A stretch of DNA of 64,000 nucleotides from an uncultured delta proteobacterium. Its GTDB lineage: Bacteria; Myxococcota_A; UBA9160; SZUA-336. Below the pieces are notes generated by a model. The model was not told the DNA's origin and searched no databases. It saw only the letters and a list, made by a program, of their open reading frames with translations. Below, one piece after another: positions 1-9,524 of the stretch. The stretch spans positions 10,279-74,278 of the forward strand of contig CAVPHD010000008.1 in NCBI GenBank assembly GCA_963704165.1, read 5' to 3'. Position 1 is the first letter of the stretch. The number at the start of each line of letters is the position of its first letter. Made by a program: the position numbers and the translations under genes.

Positions 1-661
1 CGAGCCCGACGACGCTGCCGCGAGCTTCGCCCCCGCTGCGACCCGCCGAGAAGCGCAGCGACATCTCGCCGAGCGCGCTCTTGCCCCGGACCACGCGCGC
101 GCTCGCCTCGCCCTCGATCCGCCGACCGAATCCCGCGCGCTTGGCCTCGACGTGCAGGCCGCGGATCTCGTACGGATCCCCCGATGCGGGCGTGTACGTG
201 ACCTCGGCGTCGCGGACCGAGAGCCCGACCGGTGGCAGTCGGCCGAGGTCGAAGGCGGGTCCGCCCGCCGCACCCGCCGCCCGCAGGCGGAGCACCGGTC
301 GCTCGAGCACCCAATCGAGCGGCAGGAACTGCCCGGCCAGAAGTCGCGGCCACGCCTGGCGGCCGATCGCGCGTTCGACCTCGAGAAGGGGCGCCTGATC
401 CGGCTGCGCGGAATCCGTGACGCGGAGATTCGCGAACTCGACCTCGAGGCTCGCGCCCGGGCGGAACGAGATCGAGCCGATCTCGACGTGCCGCCCGAGC
501 ACGCGCGAGAGCGCCCCCGCGACGAACTCGGCATCCGCGGTGTAGATCAGCGCCGCCAGTCCGCCCACCGATGCGAGCCCGAGCAGGAGTGCCGCGATGC
601 CGAGGCGGCGCCAGATCCGCCGCGCGCGACGGGGCTCCGGCCTGGAGTCGGGCTGCGACAG
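1..661 (-). CDS. AsmA-like/DUF748-type membrane-anchored protein (5' part; runs off window start)
   Basis: Manually read open frame (L/M)SQPDSRPEPRRARRIWRRLGIAALLLGLASVGGLAALIY...LSRVLGRHVEIGSISFRPG, i.e. an N-terminal TM helix followed by an AsmA-like beta pattern. CTG start inferred because an in-frame TGA lies just upstream. Confidence 0.5.
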   Translation of the reverse strand, partial: MSQPDSRPEPRRARRIWRRLGIAALLLGLASVGGLAALIYTADAEFVAGALSRVLGRHVEIGSISFRPGASLEVEFANLRVTDSAQPDQAPLLEVERAIGRQAWPRLLAGQFLPLDWVLERPVLRLRAAGAAGGPAFDLGRLPPVGLSVRDAEVTYTPASGDPYEIRGLHVEAKRAGFGRRIEGEASARVVRGKSALGEMSLRFSAGRSGGEARGSVVGL

Positions 662-920
662 GTCGTTCCCCCCTCACCGATATGGCGGTCCAGCTGCGTA
701 TCACATGCCGGCACGCGGCGCGCGCAGGCTCGCGCAAGACCTTTGCAAATTCGCCCGGGGCGGTCGCCTCTCCCGCTCGCGGGTTTGCCGCGTCCGAACG
801 GCGTAAGCACCGGCCACAGCTAAAGAAGCGGAGCGACGGTCCCGATCGGATGCGGTGAATACGCAATGGGGAGCGCCTATGAGGGTGGGCCCCCTACTTG
901 ACCGGGAGGAGCTCCACGGC

Positions 921-1163
921 ATGGAGCACATGAGCTTCACAGAGCAAATGAATGAAGGGCAGCCGCGGAAGCGGAACCGGGTGCGTGAGCTACGCGAGAA
1001 CAAGCTCATGACCCAGGCGCAGCTGGCCAAGAAGGCCAGGGTCGCTCTCCGCACGATCCATTCCGTGGAGAAGGGAATGAACTGCCGGATGGATACCAAG
1101 CGCAAGATCCTGATCGCGCTGGGCATGCGCTTCGAGGACAAGGACCAGGTCTTCCTCGACTGA
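921..1163 (+). CDS. XRE/Cro-family helix-turn-helix transcriptional regulator
   Basis: NRVRELRENKLMTQAQLAKKARVALRTIHSVEKG HTH_3 pattern; GGAGGA upstream of ATG 921. Confidence 0.85.
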   Translation: MEHMSFTEQMNEGQPRKRNRVRELRENKLMTQAQLAKKARVALRTIHSVEKGMNCRMDTKRKILIALGMRFEDKDQVFLD

Positions 1164-1185
1164 ACTCGAAACGAGAGTTCGAAAG

Positions 1186-1224
1186 AAGAGACACGCCACC
1201 CGCGGAGGGGGCGTGTCTCTTTTC
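1186..1224 (+). terminator. Rho-independent terminator
   Basis: 12-bp stem AAGAGACACGCC/GGCGTGTCTCTT followed by T-run, just after HTH gene stop. Confidence 0.75.
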
Positions 1225-1257
1225 TCGTCTGGGCACGCGAGCGGCTAGAATCCGGCG

Positions 1258-3597
1258 ATGGCGCGCGCGTCCGCGAACTTCCTGCGTGATGTAGGACGGC
1301 TGCTCACTCGCAGCCACGATCTCGAGGAGACACTCGAGAACGTCGTTCGCCTGGTCGCACGCTGGATGCACGCCTCCGCGTGCTCGATCTACGTGCTCGA
1401 AGAGGATGGCGAGACACTCGTTCTGCGTGCGACGCGCGGCCTGAATCCGGCGGCCGTCGGCCGGGTGCGCATTCGCGTGGGGCAGGGCATCGCCGGCCGC
1501 GCGCTCGAGCAGCGCGAGACGATCGCGGTGCCGGACGTGCGTCTCGAGCCGCGCGTGCAGGCGGTGGCGCTCTCCGGCGAGCAGCGCTTCCGTTCGCTCG
1601 TCGCGGTTCCGCTGCTGGTCCGCGACGAGCCCGTGGGCGTGCTGACGGCACGCACCGCGCGGGTCCGCGTCTTCCCACGCGCGCAGCTCGAATTGCTCGA
1701 GATGATCGCCGCTCAAGTCGGCTCGATCGTGCTGAACGCGCAGCTTCTCGACCGGGCCCTCCGTGAGCGCGCACCCGGCCGGTCGTTCGTCGCGCGGGCG
1801 CCGGAGCCGCCCGCGCGAGGGACCGTGCTGCGCGGCGTGGGCAACTCGCCCGGGATCGCGCGCGGACGCGTGCACCTGATCGCAAAGCGGCTCGACGTGG
1901 CCGCGATCGACTATCAGCCTGCGCGCACGGCTGCGTCCGAGTGGCGCGCGGTGCAACGTGCGCTTCGCGAGACCGTGCGGCAGTTGAACGATCTGCGCGG
2001 GGCCGTCGGCGACCGCTTCGGCGAAGAGCTCGCCGACGTCTTCACGACGCACATCATGGTGCTCGAGGACCAGGGATTTCGCGCCAAGCTACGTCGTGGC
2101 ATCGATCGCCACGGCAATGGCGCTCGTGCGCTGGTCGATACGATGCAAGGCTACGCCGCGATCTTCGCCGCGACACCGGACGAGACCGTGCGCGAGCGTG
2201 CCGCGGACATCGAGGACGTTCTGCAGCGAGCCGTCGGTGAGCTCGTCGGCGTCCGGCTGCACAACCCGCCGCTGCGAAACGGCGTGATCGTCGTCGCAGA
2301 GCAGATCGCGCCGAGCGAGTTCGTGCTGCTCGAGACCGAGAAGATCGCGGGGATCGTCACCGAGCATGGCGGGCCGACCAGTCATGCGGCGATCTTCGCG
2401 CGATCGCTCGAGATTCCCGCGGTTTCCGGTGTTCCGGGCATCGCCAACCGATTGCGCCCCGAAGACCAGGTGATCGTGGACGGCCTCGAGGGCGTCGTGA
2501 TCGCCAACCCGACTCGCCCGCAACGCGCCGAGTACGCCGTGATCTCCCAGCGCTACCACGCGACGCGTGGCCGACTCGACGAGTTGCGCGGACTGCCGAG
2601 CGAGACGCGCGACGGCCGGAAGATCCGACTGTCGGCGAACGTCGGCGGGCTCTCCGATCTCGACCTGGTCAAGCGCTATGGAGCCGAGGGAATCGGATTG
2701 CTGCGCACGGAGGTGTACGCGCTCGGGGCCCGCGGGTTGCCCGAGGAAGACGAGCAACACCGCGCCTACCTGCGCGTGGCCGCGCTGATCGCTCCCGACC
2801 CGGTGGTGATCCGCTGCTTCGACCTCGGAGGCGACAAGGCACTTCCAGGCGAGTCGATCCGCGAAGCCAACCCGCAGCTCGGCTGGCGCGCGATCCGCAT
2901 CCTGCTCGACCGTCCGGAGCTGTTCCGCGCGCAGCTCCGAGCGATCGTCCGAGCGAACGTGCACGGCAACCTCCGCATCATGCTGCCGATGATCGCCTCG
3001 CTCGACGAGCTCGAGGCGTCGCGCGCGCACCTTCGGGCCGTCTGCGCGGAGCTCGGTGCGACGGCGCCACCGCTCGGTGTCATGATCGAGACACCCGCGG
3101 CGGTCGTGATCGCGCATCATCTGGCCAACCAGTCGGACTTCTTCTCGATCGGCACGAACGACCTGATGCAGTACACGCTCGCGACCGATCGCGAGAACGA
3201 GCGGGTCGCCACGATCTACGATCCGTTCCACCCAGGCGTGCTCGCGCAGATCCAGCGCGTGGCCGACGTCGCGCGCGAGTTCGGCCTACCGTGCTCGGTC
3301 TGCGGCGAGCTCGGCGGAAATCCGATCGCGGCGCCGCTCCTGATCGGGATGGGAATCGAGGAGCTCTCGATGGCGCCGTTCTCGACGCTCGCGTTGCGCC
3401 AGGTCGTGCGCGGAACCGACGCGGCCGCGATGACGGCCTGCGCGCGTGAGATCGCGGGCGCCGCCCGCGGAGGCGACGTGCGCGAACGTCTCGCACAGAC
3501 CTACGAGTCTCTCGGCCTGCTCGCCGACCCCGATCTCGGTCCTCTGATGCGACATCTGCTCGGCTCGCGCGTTGACAGGCGAGAGAGCCCCCGATAG
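1258..3597 (+). CDS. ptsP: GAF-domain phosphoenolpyruvate-protein phosphotransferase (enzyme I-Ntr)
   Basis: N-terminal GAF domain, GGPTSHAAIFARSLEIPAV phospho-His motif, EGIGLLRTE, DLGGDK, FFSIGTNDL, SVCGE. Confidence 0.93.
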   Translation: MARASANFLRDVGRLLTRSHDLEETLENVVRLVARWMHASACSIYVLEEDGETLVLRATRGLNPAAVGRVRIRVGQGIAGRALEQRETIAVPDVRLEPRVQAVALSGEQRFRSLVAVPLLVRDEPVGVLTARTARVRVFPRAQLELLEMIAAQVGSIVLNAQLLDRALRERAPGRSFVARAPEPPARGTVLRGVGNSPGIARGRVHLIAKRLDVAAIDYQPARTAASEWRAVQRALRETVRQLNDLRGAVGDRFGEELADVFTTHIMVLEDQGFRAKLRRGIDRHGNGARALVDTMQGYAAIFAATPDETVRERAADIEDVLQRAVGELVGVRLHNPPLRNGVIVVAEQIAPSEFVLLETEKIAGIVTEHGGPTSHAAIFARSLEIPAVSGVPGIANRLRPEDQVIVDGLEGVVIANPTRPQRAEYAVISQRYHATRGRLDELRGLPSETRDGRKIRLSANVGGLSDLDLVKRYGAEGIGLLRTEVYALGARGLPEEDEQHRAYLRVAALIAPDPVVIRCFDLGGDKALPGESIREANPQLGWRAIRILLDRPELFRAQLRAIVRANVHGNLRIMLPMIASLDELEASRAHLRAVCAELGATAPPLGVMIETPAAVVIAHHLANQSDFFSIGTNDLMQYTLATDRENERVATIYDPFHPGVLAQIQRVADVAREFGLPCSVCGELGGNPIAAPLLIGMGIEELSMAPFSTLALRQVVRGTDAAAMTACAREIAGAARGGDVRERLAQTYESLGLLADPDLGPLMRHLLGSRVDRRESPR

Positions 3598-3608
3598 CGT
3601 GGCCGACG

Positions 3609-4058
3609 ATGCCACCCGGGAGTGATTCCGACCGGCGCGCCCACAAGAAGATGTCGGATCACCTCTCGCGCCACGGTCTGAAACAGACGCGTCAGCGCGA
3701 GGCGATCCTCGACGCCTTCCTCGCCGCGAAGGGCCACGTGACGAGTGAAGAGCTCTACGAAGCGGTGCGCGTGCACAGCCCCGCCCTCGGTGCGGCGACG
3801 GTATACCGTGCGTTGAAGCTCTTCTGTGAAGCGGGAGTCGCGCGCGCGCATCACTTCCGCGACGGCATCACGCTCTACGAGCGCGAAGGCCATCATCACG
3901 ACCACCTGATCTGTCAGGGCTGTGGGGCGATCGTCGAGTTCGAGCGCGACACGATCGAAGAGGAACAGCTCAAGGTCGCGGAAGAGCACGGCTACGTGCT
4001 CACGCAGCATCGGCACATCCTCTACGGGATCTGCCCGAGGTGCCAGAAGAAGCACTAG
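3609..4058 (+). CDS. fur: Fur-family transcriptional repressor
   Basis: TRQREAIL, ATVYRALKL, HHHDHLIC..CG, C-terminal YGICPRC. Confidence 0.9.
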   Translation: MPPGSDSDRRAHKKMSDHLSRHGLKQTRQREAILDAFLAAKGHVTSEELYEAVRVHSPALGAATVYRALKLFCEAGVARAHHFRDGITLYEREGHHHDHLICQGCGAIVEFERDTIEEEQLKVAEEHGYVLTQHRHILYGICPRCQKKH

Positions 4059-4675
4059 CCGCGCGGCGTGTTCGGAAGTTCGTTCACGTCGCCCGGACGC
4101 GCCGGGAAGTGCTGGGCGAGGATCTCTCCGCAGCGGTGGATCCCGTCGGTCAGGCCCGCTTCGGCGCGCTGCTCCTTGATCCCGGCGACGACGCGCGTGA
4201 CGACGTCGTCCCAGGTACCCGCGTCGACCCGCGCGTGGATGCCGCGGTCGGCGAGCACGATCACGCGGTGCTCGAGCAGCGAGACGTAGATCAGGATTCC
4301 GGTCCGATCGCGCGTCTCGACGAGTCCGGCTTCGTGAAACGCGAGAGCCGCCGCGCGCGCGACGCGCGCCTCGACGACGTCGGCCGGCGCCAGCCAGCGA
4401 AGCAGCGCGCCGCGCCCGAAGATCCACGCGCCCGCCGCGAAGACACCGATCTGCGTCGCCATCCACCAGGGCCCGAGTCCGGGCGCGAGCGTGAACGCGA
4501 TCCCGGCGGACGCGAATGCGAGGAGCGCGGCCGCACCGAAGCGCACGTCGGCCCAGGCGTCGCTGCGTCGGACGATCACCGGAACGATCTCGCCCGACGT
4601 CGCGCGCTCGGCCGAGTGCACGGCCGCCTCGATCGCCGCGATCCCGTGTTCGCCGAGGAGCTCGCGGACGCGCAT
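4055..4675 (-). CDS. TPM-domain (DUF477-related) membrane protein
   Basis: AERATSGEIVPVI, TRDRTGILIYVSLLEHRVIVLADRGI, DVNELPN; in lemA operon. Confidence 0.85.
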   Translation of the reverse strand: MRVRELLGEHGIAAIEAAVHSAERATSGEIVPVIVRRSDAWADVRFGAAALLAFASAGIAFTLAPGLGPWWMATQIGVFAAGAWIFGRGALLRWLAPADVVEARVARAAALAFHEAGLVETRDRTGILIYVSLLEHRVIVLADRGIHARVDAGTWDDVVTRVVAGIKEQRAEAGLTDGIHRCGEILAQHFPARPGDVNELPNTPRG

Positions 4676-5409
4676 CACCACCGCCCTGAAGCGCCGCCGC
4701 CGCCGAAGCCGCCGCCGCCGCCCGAGAATCCACCCCCGCCGAATCCGCCTCCGCGCGGGAACACTCCGCCCGTACCGCCCCGGTGCCGCGTGCGCGGCCC
4801 GCCGAAGGCGGGCGCGAAGAAGAATCCGCGCAGCAGCATGGTCCCGACGACGAACGCGATCCAGAGCCCCACCACCCAGAGCGGTGCGCCTTGTCCTTCT
4901 CCGCGCGAGGGCACGGGAAGATCCTCGCCCGAGATCCGATCGAGGATCGCGCGCGTGCCCGCCTCGACGCCGCGGTCCATCCGACCGGCCCTGAATTCCG
5001 GAAGGATCCACTCGCGAATGATGCGCGCGGCGATCACGTCGGGCAGCACACCTTCGAGTCCGTAGCCGACCTCGATCCGCACCTGCCGCTCGTTCGGCGC
5101 GACCGTCAGGATCACGCCGTTGTCGAGGCCCCGCTGTCCGACCTTCCACGATTCCGCGATCTGGATCGAGTAGTCCTCGATCTCGAGCTGCTCGAGCGAG
5201 GGCGTGATGTGCACGACGACCTGATGACCCTTCGTGCGCTCGAACTCGACGAGCCTGGCCTCGAGCGCGCGCGCGTCCTCCGCGCGAAGCAGACCGGCCC
5301 GATCGAGTACGTGCGCACGCAGATCGGGAATTTCGAGCGCGCGCACCGTCGGCGCGAGCAGGAGAAACGCGAACGCGCAGAGCAAGGCGCGCGCCGGACT
5401 CGTGCTCAG
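4675..5409 (-). CDS. TPM-domain protein (YgcG-like) with Gly-rich tail
   Basis: VLDRAGLL, WKVGQRGLDNGVIL, RIEVGYGLEG, GGGGFGGGGASGRW; start uncertain (CTG overlapping lemA stop). Confidence 0.85.
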   Translation of the reverse strand: MSTSPARALLCAFAFLLLAPTVRALEIPDLRAHVLDRAGLLRAEDARALEARLVEFERTKGHQVVVHITPSLEQLEIEDYSIQIAESWKVGQRGLDNGVILTVAPNERQVRIEVGYGLEGVLPDVIAARIIREWILPEFRAGRMDRGVEAGTRAILDRISGEDLPVPSRGEGQGAPLWVVGLWIAFVVGTMLLRGFFFAPAFGGPRTRHRGGTGGVFPRGGGFGGGGFSGGGGGFGGGGASGRW

Positions 5410-5996
5410 AATTTCACCTCGGGTGGCGCTTCCGCGCCGGCCGTGGCTTCGAACGTCGGACGCGGTTCCGCACCCAGGATGAAGCGCGCGGTCAGGTTCG
5501 TCGGGAAGAAGCGCACGAGCTTGTTGTACTCGGCGACGGCCTCGACGTAGCGCTTGCGAGCCACCGTGACGCGGTTCTCGGTGCCTTCGAGCTGGACCTG
5601 AAAATCGCGGAAGGCCGCGGTCGCCTTCAGATCGGGGTAACGCTCGACGACGACGAGCAGGCGCGAGAGCGCGCTCTGGAGCGATCCCTGCGCGGCCTGC
5701 AGCTTCGCGAACGCCTCGGGGTCGTCGAGCACGCTCGCGTCCATCTTCACGCTCGTCGCGCTCGCGCGCGCCTGGATCACGGCTTCGAGCGTCTCCTTCT
5801 CGAAGTTCGCCGCGCCCTTCACGGTGCTCACCAGGTTCGGGATCAGGTCGAGCCGCCGCTGGTACTGGTTCTGGACCTCGGCCCAGGCGGCCTTGACGTT
5901 CTCGTCCGCTCCCTGGATCGAGTTGTAGCCGCACCCGGAAACCAGCGTCGCGAGCAGGACGAGCGCGCAAGCCATTGAACGGTTTGGGTTTTTCAT
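5406..5996 (-). CDS. lemA: LemA family protein
   Basis: SGCGYNSIQ, WAEVQNQYQRRLDLIPNLV, ERYPDLKA, QLEGTENR. Confidence 0.93.
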   Translation of the reverse strand: MKNPNRSMACALVLLATLVSGCGYNSIQGADENVKAAWAEVQNQYQRRLDLIPNLVSTVKGAANFEKETLEAVIQARASATSVKMDASVLDDPEAFAKLQAAQGSLQSALSRLLVVVERYPDLKATAAFRDFQVQLEGTENRVTVARKRYVEAVAEYNKLVRFFPTNLTARFILGAEPRPTFEATAGAEAPPEVKF

Positions 5997-6040
5997 GCCG
6001 CCGAGAATACCGTCGCGGCCCCGTGAGGCAAGATCGTAGT

Positions 6041-6055
6041 TGATAGTCATTCTCA
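6041..6055. promoter_or_regulatory. Fur box (7-1-7)
   Basis: TGATAGT-C-ATTCTCA matches TGATAAT-n-ATTATCA at 12/14; AT-rich patch 20 nt upstream of bfd-like gene. Confidence 0.75.
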
Positions 6056-6075
6056 TCTAGCGTACGCTCCCGGCC

Positions 6076-6297
6076 GTGATCGTCTGCAGCTGCCACGGCG
6101 TGACCGACCACGAGATCCGCTCGGCGGTGGACTCCGGCGCGCGCACGCCACGCCAGGTCGCCGCGACCTGTCGCGCCGGCTCGTCCTGTGGCGGCTGTCT
6201 CGCGACCGTGGTCGAGATCCTCTCCGAGTCGCAATACGAGCGCCGACCGGTCGCGTCGATCTCGGTGGACGAAGCCCGAGACCTCGTCTCCGCGTAG
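6076..6297 (+). CDS. bfd: Bacterioferritin-associated ferredoxin-like [2Fe-2S] protein
   Basis: MIVCSCHGVTD...AGSSCGGC motif. Confidence 0.8.
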   Translation: MIVCSCHGVTDHEIRSAVDSGARTPRQVAATCRAGSSCGGCLATVVEILSESQYERRPVASISVDEARDLVSA

Positions 6298-6337
6298 CGC
6301 TTGCTAAGCTCGAACTCCCGGTCCAAGGGAGGCACGC

Positions 6338-6679
6338 ATGGCGAAGCGAATCGACTGGCACTACCAGCGCAACGGTTGAACGAGTTGTACCCGGGCGTCC
6401 AAGTTTCTGGACGCGAACAAGCTCGTCGCAGCCGAGACCGTGTCCGCGAGCCAGAAGCTCGGTCAGGCCGACGCAGCTCGGCTCGTGAAAGCGGCCAAGC
6501 AGGTGATCGTCGCGAAGGGGAAGCTCGTGCGGACGTTCGCACCCGGTGGGAAGGCGCCGGCCGAGATCGTCGAGGCCGTTCTGGGCCCGACCGGAAACCT
6601 GCGCGCGCCCACGCTCGTCGTCGGCGACAAGCTGCTCGTCGGCTGGAACGAAGAGGCCTATCGCGCAGCGCTGCTTTGA
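6338..6679 (+). CDS. ArsC-family (thioredoxin-fold) selenoprotein, in-frame UGA at 6377-6379 (UxxC)
   Basis: GGAGG RBS + ATG 6338; MAKRIDWHYQRNG-TGA-TSCTRASKFL continues in frame to LGPTGNLRAPTLVVGDKLLVGWNEE; hairpin downstream of UGA. Confidence 0.82.
6395..6414 (+). promoter_or_regulatory. Putative bacterial SECIS hairpin
   Basis: GCGTCCA-AGTTTC-TGGACGC, a perfect 7-bp stem whose loop starts 22 nt after UGA with G at loop position 2. Confidence 0.6.
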
Positions 6680-6686
6680 GCGGGCC

Positions 6687-7835
6687 GTGCAGCTCTCGCG
6701 CGTGACGCTGCGCGAGCACCTCGTCGGGGAGCTGCTTCCGCTCTGGGAGAGGCACGGCCTCGATCGGGTGCGCGGCGGGTACTGGAATCGGCTCGGCCCC
6801 GACCTGCGTCCACTCCTCGACGGTCACAAGCGTCTGCTCGTGCACGCGCGCCAGATCTTCGCGTTCACGCGCGGCGTCGAGCTGGGCGCGGGCGCGTGGG
6901 CGCGCGCGGCCGCCGCGCACGGACTCGAGTTCCTCGTCTCGCGATTCAGGGATACGCGTCACGGCGGCTGGTTCACGAGCACCGATGACGCGGGCGCGCC
7001 GCTCGACCGGCACAAGGATCTGTACGGCCACGCGTTCGTGATCTTCGCGCTCGCGCATCACCACCGCGTCTTCGGCGAGCCGGAGTCGGCGCGACTCGCG
7101 CGCGAGACGCTCGGGCTCGTGTACGAGCGCTTGCGAGATCGCGTTGCGGGCGGGTTTCTCGAGGGCGCGAGCGAGGACTGGAAGCCGATCGCCGGACCGC
7201 GCCGCCAGAATCCGCACATGCACCTCGTCGAGTCGCTGCTCGCGCTCGACGAGATCGGGTCGGACGCCGACGCACTTCGCGAAGCGCACGCGCTCGTCGA
7301 GCTTCTCGGCGCGCGTTGGATCGACGCGCGGACGGACGCGCTCGGCGAGCACTTCGACCCGAGCTGGCAGCTTCTCGCGGGCGACGTCGGACGAATCGTC
7401 GAGCCCGGCCACCACTTCGAATGGGTCTGGCTGCTCGACCGGCTCGACGCGCGCGAGCCGAGGGAATCGACGCGGGCGCTGGCCCGACGGCTTTTCGACT
7501 TCGCGCGCCGATTCGGCGTCGATACGGACGGCGGTGTCCTCGATCAGGTCGATCGCGTCGGAAACCCGCTCGCGACCGGCAAGCGCCTCTGGCCGCAGAC
7601 CGAACGCGTGAAGGCGCTGGCCGCGCGCGCGCATGCGACGGGCGACGCCGATCTGCGTCGCGAGCTCGACGCGGGTCTCGGGTACTGCTTCGCACGCTAC
7701 GTCGATCCGGCCACGCGCGGCTGGCACGAGCAGCTCGCGCGCGACGGCAGCGTCGCGTCCGAGGCCCAGAACGCGACCAGCGTCTATCACGTGGTGTCCG
7801 CGATCTGCGAGGCGATCGAGACGATCGACACCTGA
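6687..7835 (+). CDS. AGE-family epimerase/isomerase (N-acylglucosamine 2-epimerase/mannose isomerase-like)
   Basis: HARQIFAF, KDLYGHAFVIFA, RRQNPHMHLVE, VEPGHHFEWVWLL, RLWPQTE, SVYHV. Confidence 0.88.
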   Translation: MQLSRVTLREHLVGELLPLWERHGLDRVRGGYWNRLGPDLRPLLDGHKRLLVHARQIFAFTRGVELGAGAWARAAAAHGLEFLVSRFRDTRHGGWFTSTDDAGAPLDRHKDLYGHAFVIFALAHHHRVFGEPESARLARETLGLVYERLRDRVAGGFLEGASEDWKPIAGPRRQNPHMHLVESLLALDEIGSDADALREAHALVELLGARWIDARTDALGEHFDPSWQLLAGDVGRIVEPGHHFEWVWLLDRLDAREPRESTRALARRLFDFARRFGVDTDGGVLDQVDRVGNPLATGKRLWPQTERVKALAARAHATGDADLRRELDAGLGYCFARYVDPATRGWHEQLARDGSVASEAQNATSVYHVVSAICEAIETIDT

Positions 7836-8059
7836 GGCGCGGTTCGGGAGCTCTTCTCTTCTCCCATTCTGCGTCTGAATTGCACGCCGTCTGCCTTCGC
7901 TTCGATCTCCGTGGCGATCGCTGCGATCGCGGAAGTGCGTCGAGTGGCCACACAGTAGAGAACGGATCCACGGAATGACTTGCGCATCGCGTGAGATTCA
8001 CTGACTCGAGGGGAGTTCCCTCTGGTAAGATCCACAGTCCGATTCATTGGAGATGCTCG

Positions 8060-9508
8060 ATGAGCCCAAGCCGAGTGTTCAGGGGCGGATGTGCAGGTCT
8101 GGTCTGTGCCCTGCTGATCGCAGGTCTCGCGTGGCCGATCGGAGCCCATGCGCAGGTTCCGAATCGCATCGACTACCAGGGACTGCTGCTCGATTCGGGC
8201 GGCCTCGCGATCAACGGCAGTCAGACGCTCACGTTGCGGATCTGGGACGACGCGGCGTCGGTCGCGCCGGCGTCGCTTCTCTACGAGGAGATCCATCTCG
8301 GCGTGCTGGTGACGGACGGGGTCTTCGACGCCCAGATCGGAGCGGGCACGGCCACGGTCAACGGCGTGTACACGGTCTTCAGCGAGCTGATCTTTCAGGG
8401 GCCGAACCGCTGGCTCGAGGTTCGTGTCGGATCGGAGACGCTCTCGCCGCGGCAGCCGTTCGGCTCGACGGCTTACTCTCTTCAGTGTCAGAACGCGATC
8501 AGCGTCGTGAACAGCAGCATCGGCTCGAGCTCGATCGCCGACGGCTCGATCCAGGCGGCCGACATCGACTCGAGCCAGGTCCAGCAGCGCGTCTCGGCGA
8601 GCTGTCCCGCGGGGCAGGCAATTCGCAGCGTCGCGTCGAGCGGCGCCGTCACGTGTGAGTCGACGCTGGGCGTCGGGGCGAACAGCGTGATCTCGAGCTC
8701 GATCGTCGATGGCGCGATCCAGGCGGCCGACGTCGACTCGAGCCAGGTCCAGCGGCGCGTCTCGACGAGCTGTCCCGCGTGGCAGGCGATTCGCAGCATC
8801 GGTTCGACGGGCACCATCACGTGTGAGTCGACCCTGAACGTCGGGCCGGACACCGTGACCTCGAGCTCCGTCGTCGACGAAACCATCACGGCTGCCGACA
8901 TCGGGCCGTCGGGCGTAGGCAATACGGAGCTGAACGCCAGCCACGCCTACACCGTCGGCGGGATGACGGTCAACGGGCAGCTTGCAGTCAACTCGGCGGC
9001 CGACGTCGTGATCCGAGACGATTCGAATGCCTTCCGCTGGTACGACAGTGCAGGTGTGACCCAGCACGGTGCGGTGTGGGTAAGTGCATTCGAGAATCAG
9101 TTCTACGATTTCAACCAGGGTCGCAGCATCTTTCTTTCCAACGCCGACGGCATTGGAATCGGCACGAGTTCGCCGGTATCGGGGTATACCGTCACCGTTC
9201 CCAGCCTGCGGGTCAGCGGCAACTCGAGTGTCGGCCTCACGCAGGTGGGCGCGAGCTATGCCGTGAGCGCGGCCGTTGCTTCCTGTCACTCCCATGGGAA
9301 TCTGCCCTGTTATGAGGGCAACGGCACCGTCACCTGCCCCGTGGGTACCCGCGTGGTCGGAGGGGGTGCCGCCGGCGTCGGTGTCGGTTCGCGCTACGGG
9401 TCGGTCGGGTCCAGCTATCCGTTGAACTCGACCCAATGGCGCTGTTCCTCGACGTACGACCTCTCGACGAGCCACTGGTGCTACGCGATCTGCGCGCGGC
9501 TCGAGTAG
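8060..9508 (+). CDS. Secreted fibre/adhesin-like protein with internal 56-aa repeats
   Basis: Signal peptide; QVPNRIDYQGLLLDSGG...RWLEVRVGSETLSPRQ N-terminal module seen in tail-fibre-like proteins; Ser-rich repeats; Cys-containing C-terminal domain. Confidence 0.6.
   Translation: MSPSRVFRGGCAGLVCALLIAGLAWPIGAHAQVPNRIDYQGLLLDSGGLAINGSQTLTLRIWDDAASVAPASLLYEEIHLGVLVTDGVFDAQIGAGTATVNGVYTVFSELIFQGPNRWLEVRVGSETLSPRQPFGSTAYSLQCQNAISVVNSSIGSSSIADGSIQAADIDSSQVQQRVSASCPAGQAIRSVASSGAVTCESTLGVGANSVISSSIVDGAIQAADVDSSQVQRRVSTSCPAWQAIRSIGSTGTITCESTLNVGPDTVTSSSVVDETITAADIGPSGVGNTELNASHAYTVGGMTVNGQLAVNSAADVVIRDDSNAFRWYDSAGVTQHGAVWVSAFENQFYDFNQGRSIFLSNADGIGIGTSSPVSGYTVTVPSLRVSGNSSVGLTQVGASYAVSAAVASCHSHGNLPCYEGNGTVTCPVGTRVVGGGAAGVGVGSRYGSVGSSYPLNSTQWRCSSTYDLSTSHWCYAICARLE
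8525..8905 (+). repeat. Intragenic tandem repeat, 168-nt period (about 2.3 copies)
   Basis: Units start TCGAGCTC at 8525, 8693, 8861; encode SSSI.DG.IQAAD.DSSQVQ.RVS.SCPA.QAIRS...G..TCESTL. Confidence 0.85.
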
Positions 9509-9524
9509 GGATGGGGTTCGGCAC

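Noticed and set aside
8525..8905. Repeat as DGR template/variable pair or CRISPR
   Set aside because: In-frame tandem protein repeat; differences are not adenine-specific, no reverse transcriptase is nearby and there are no unique spacers.
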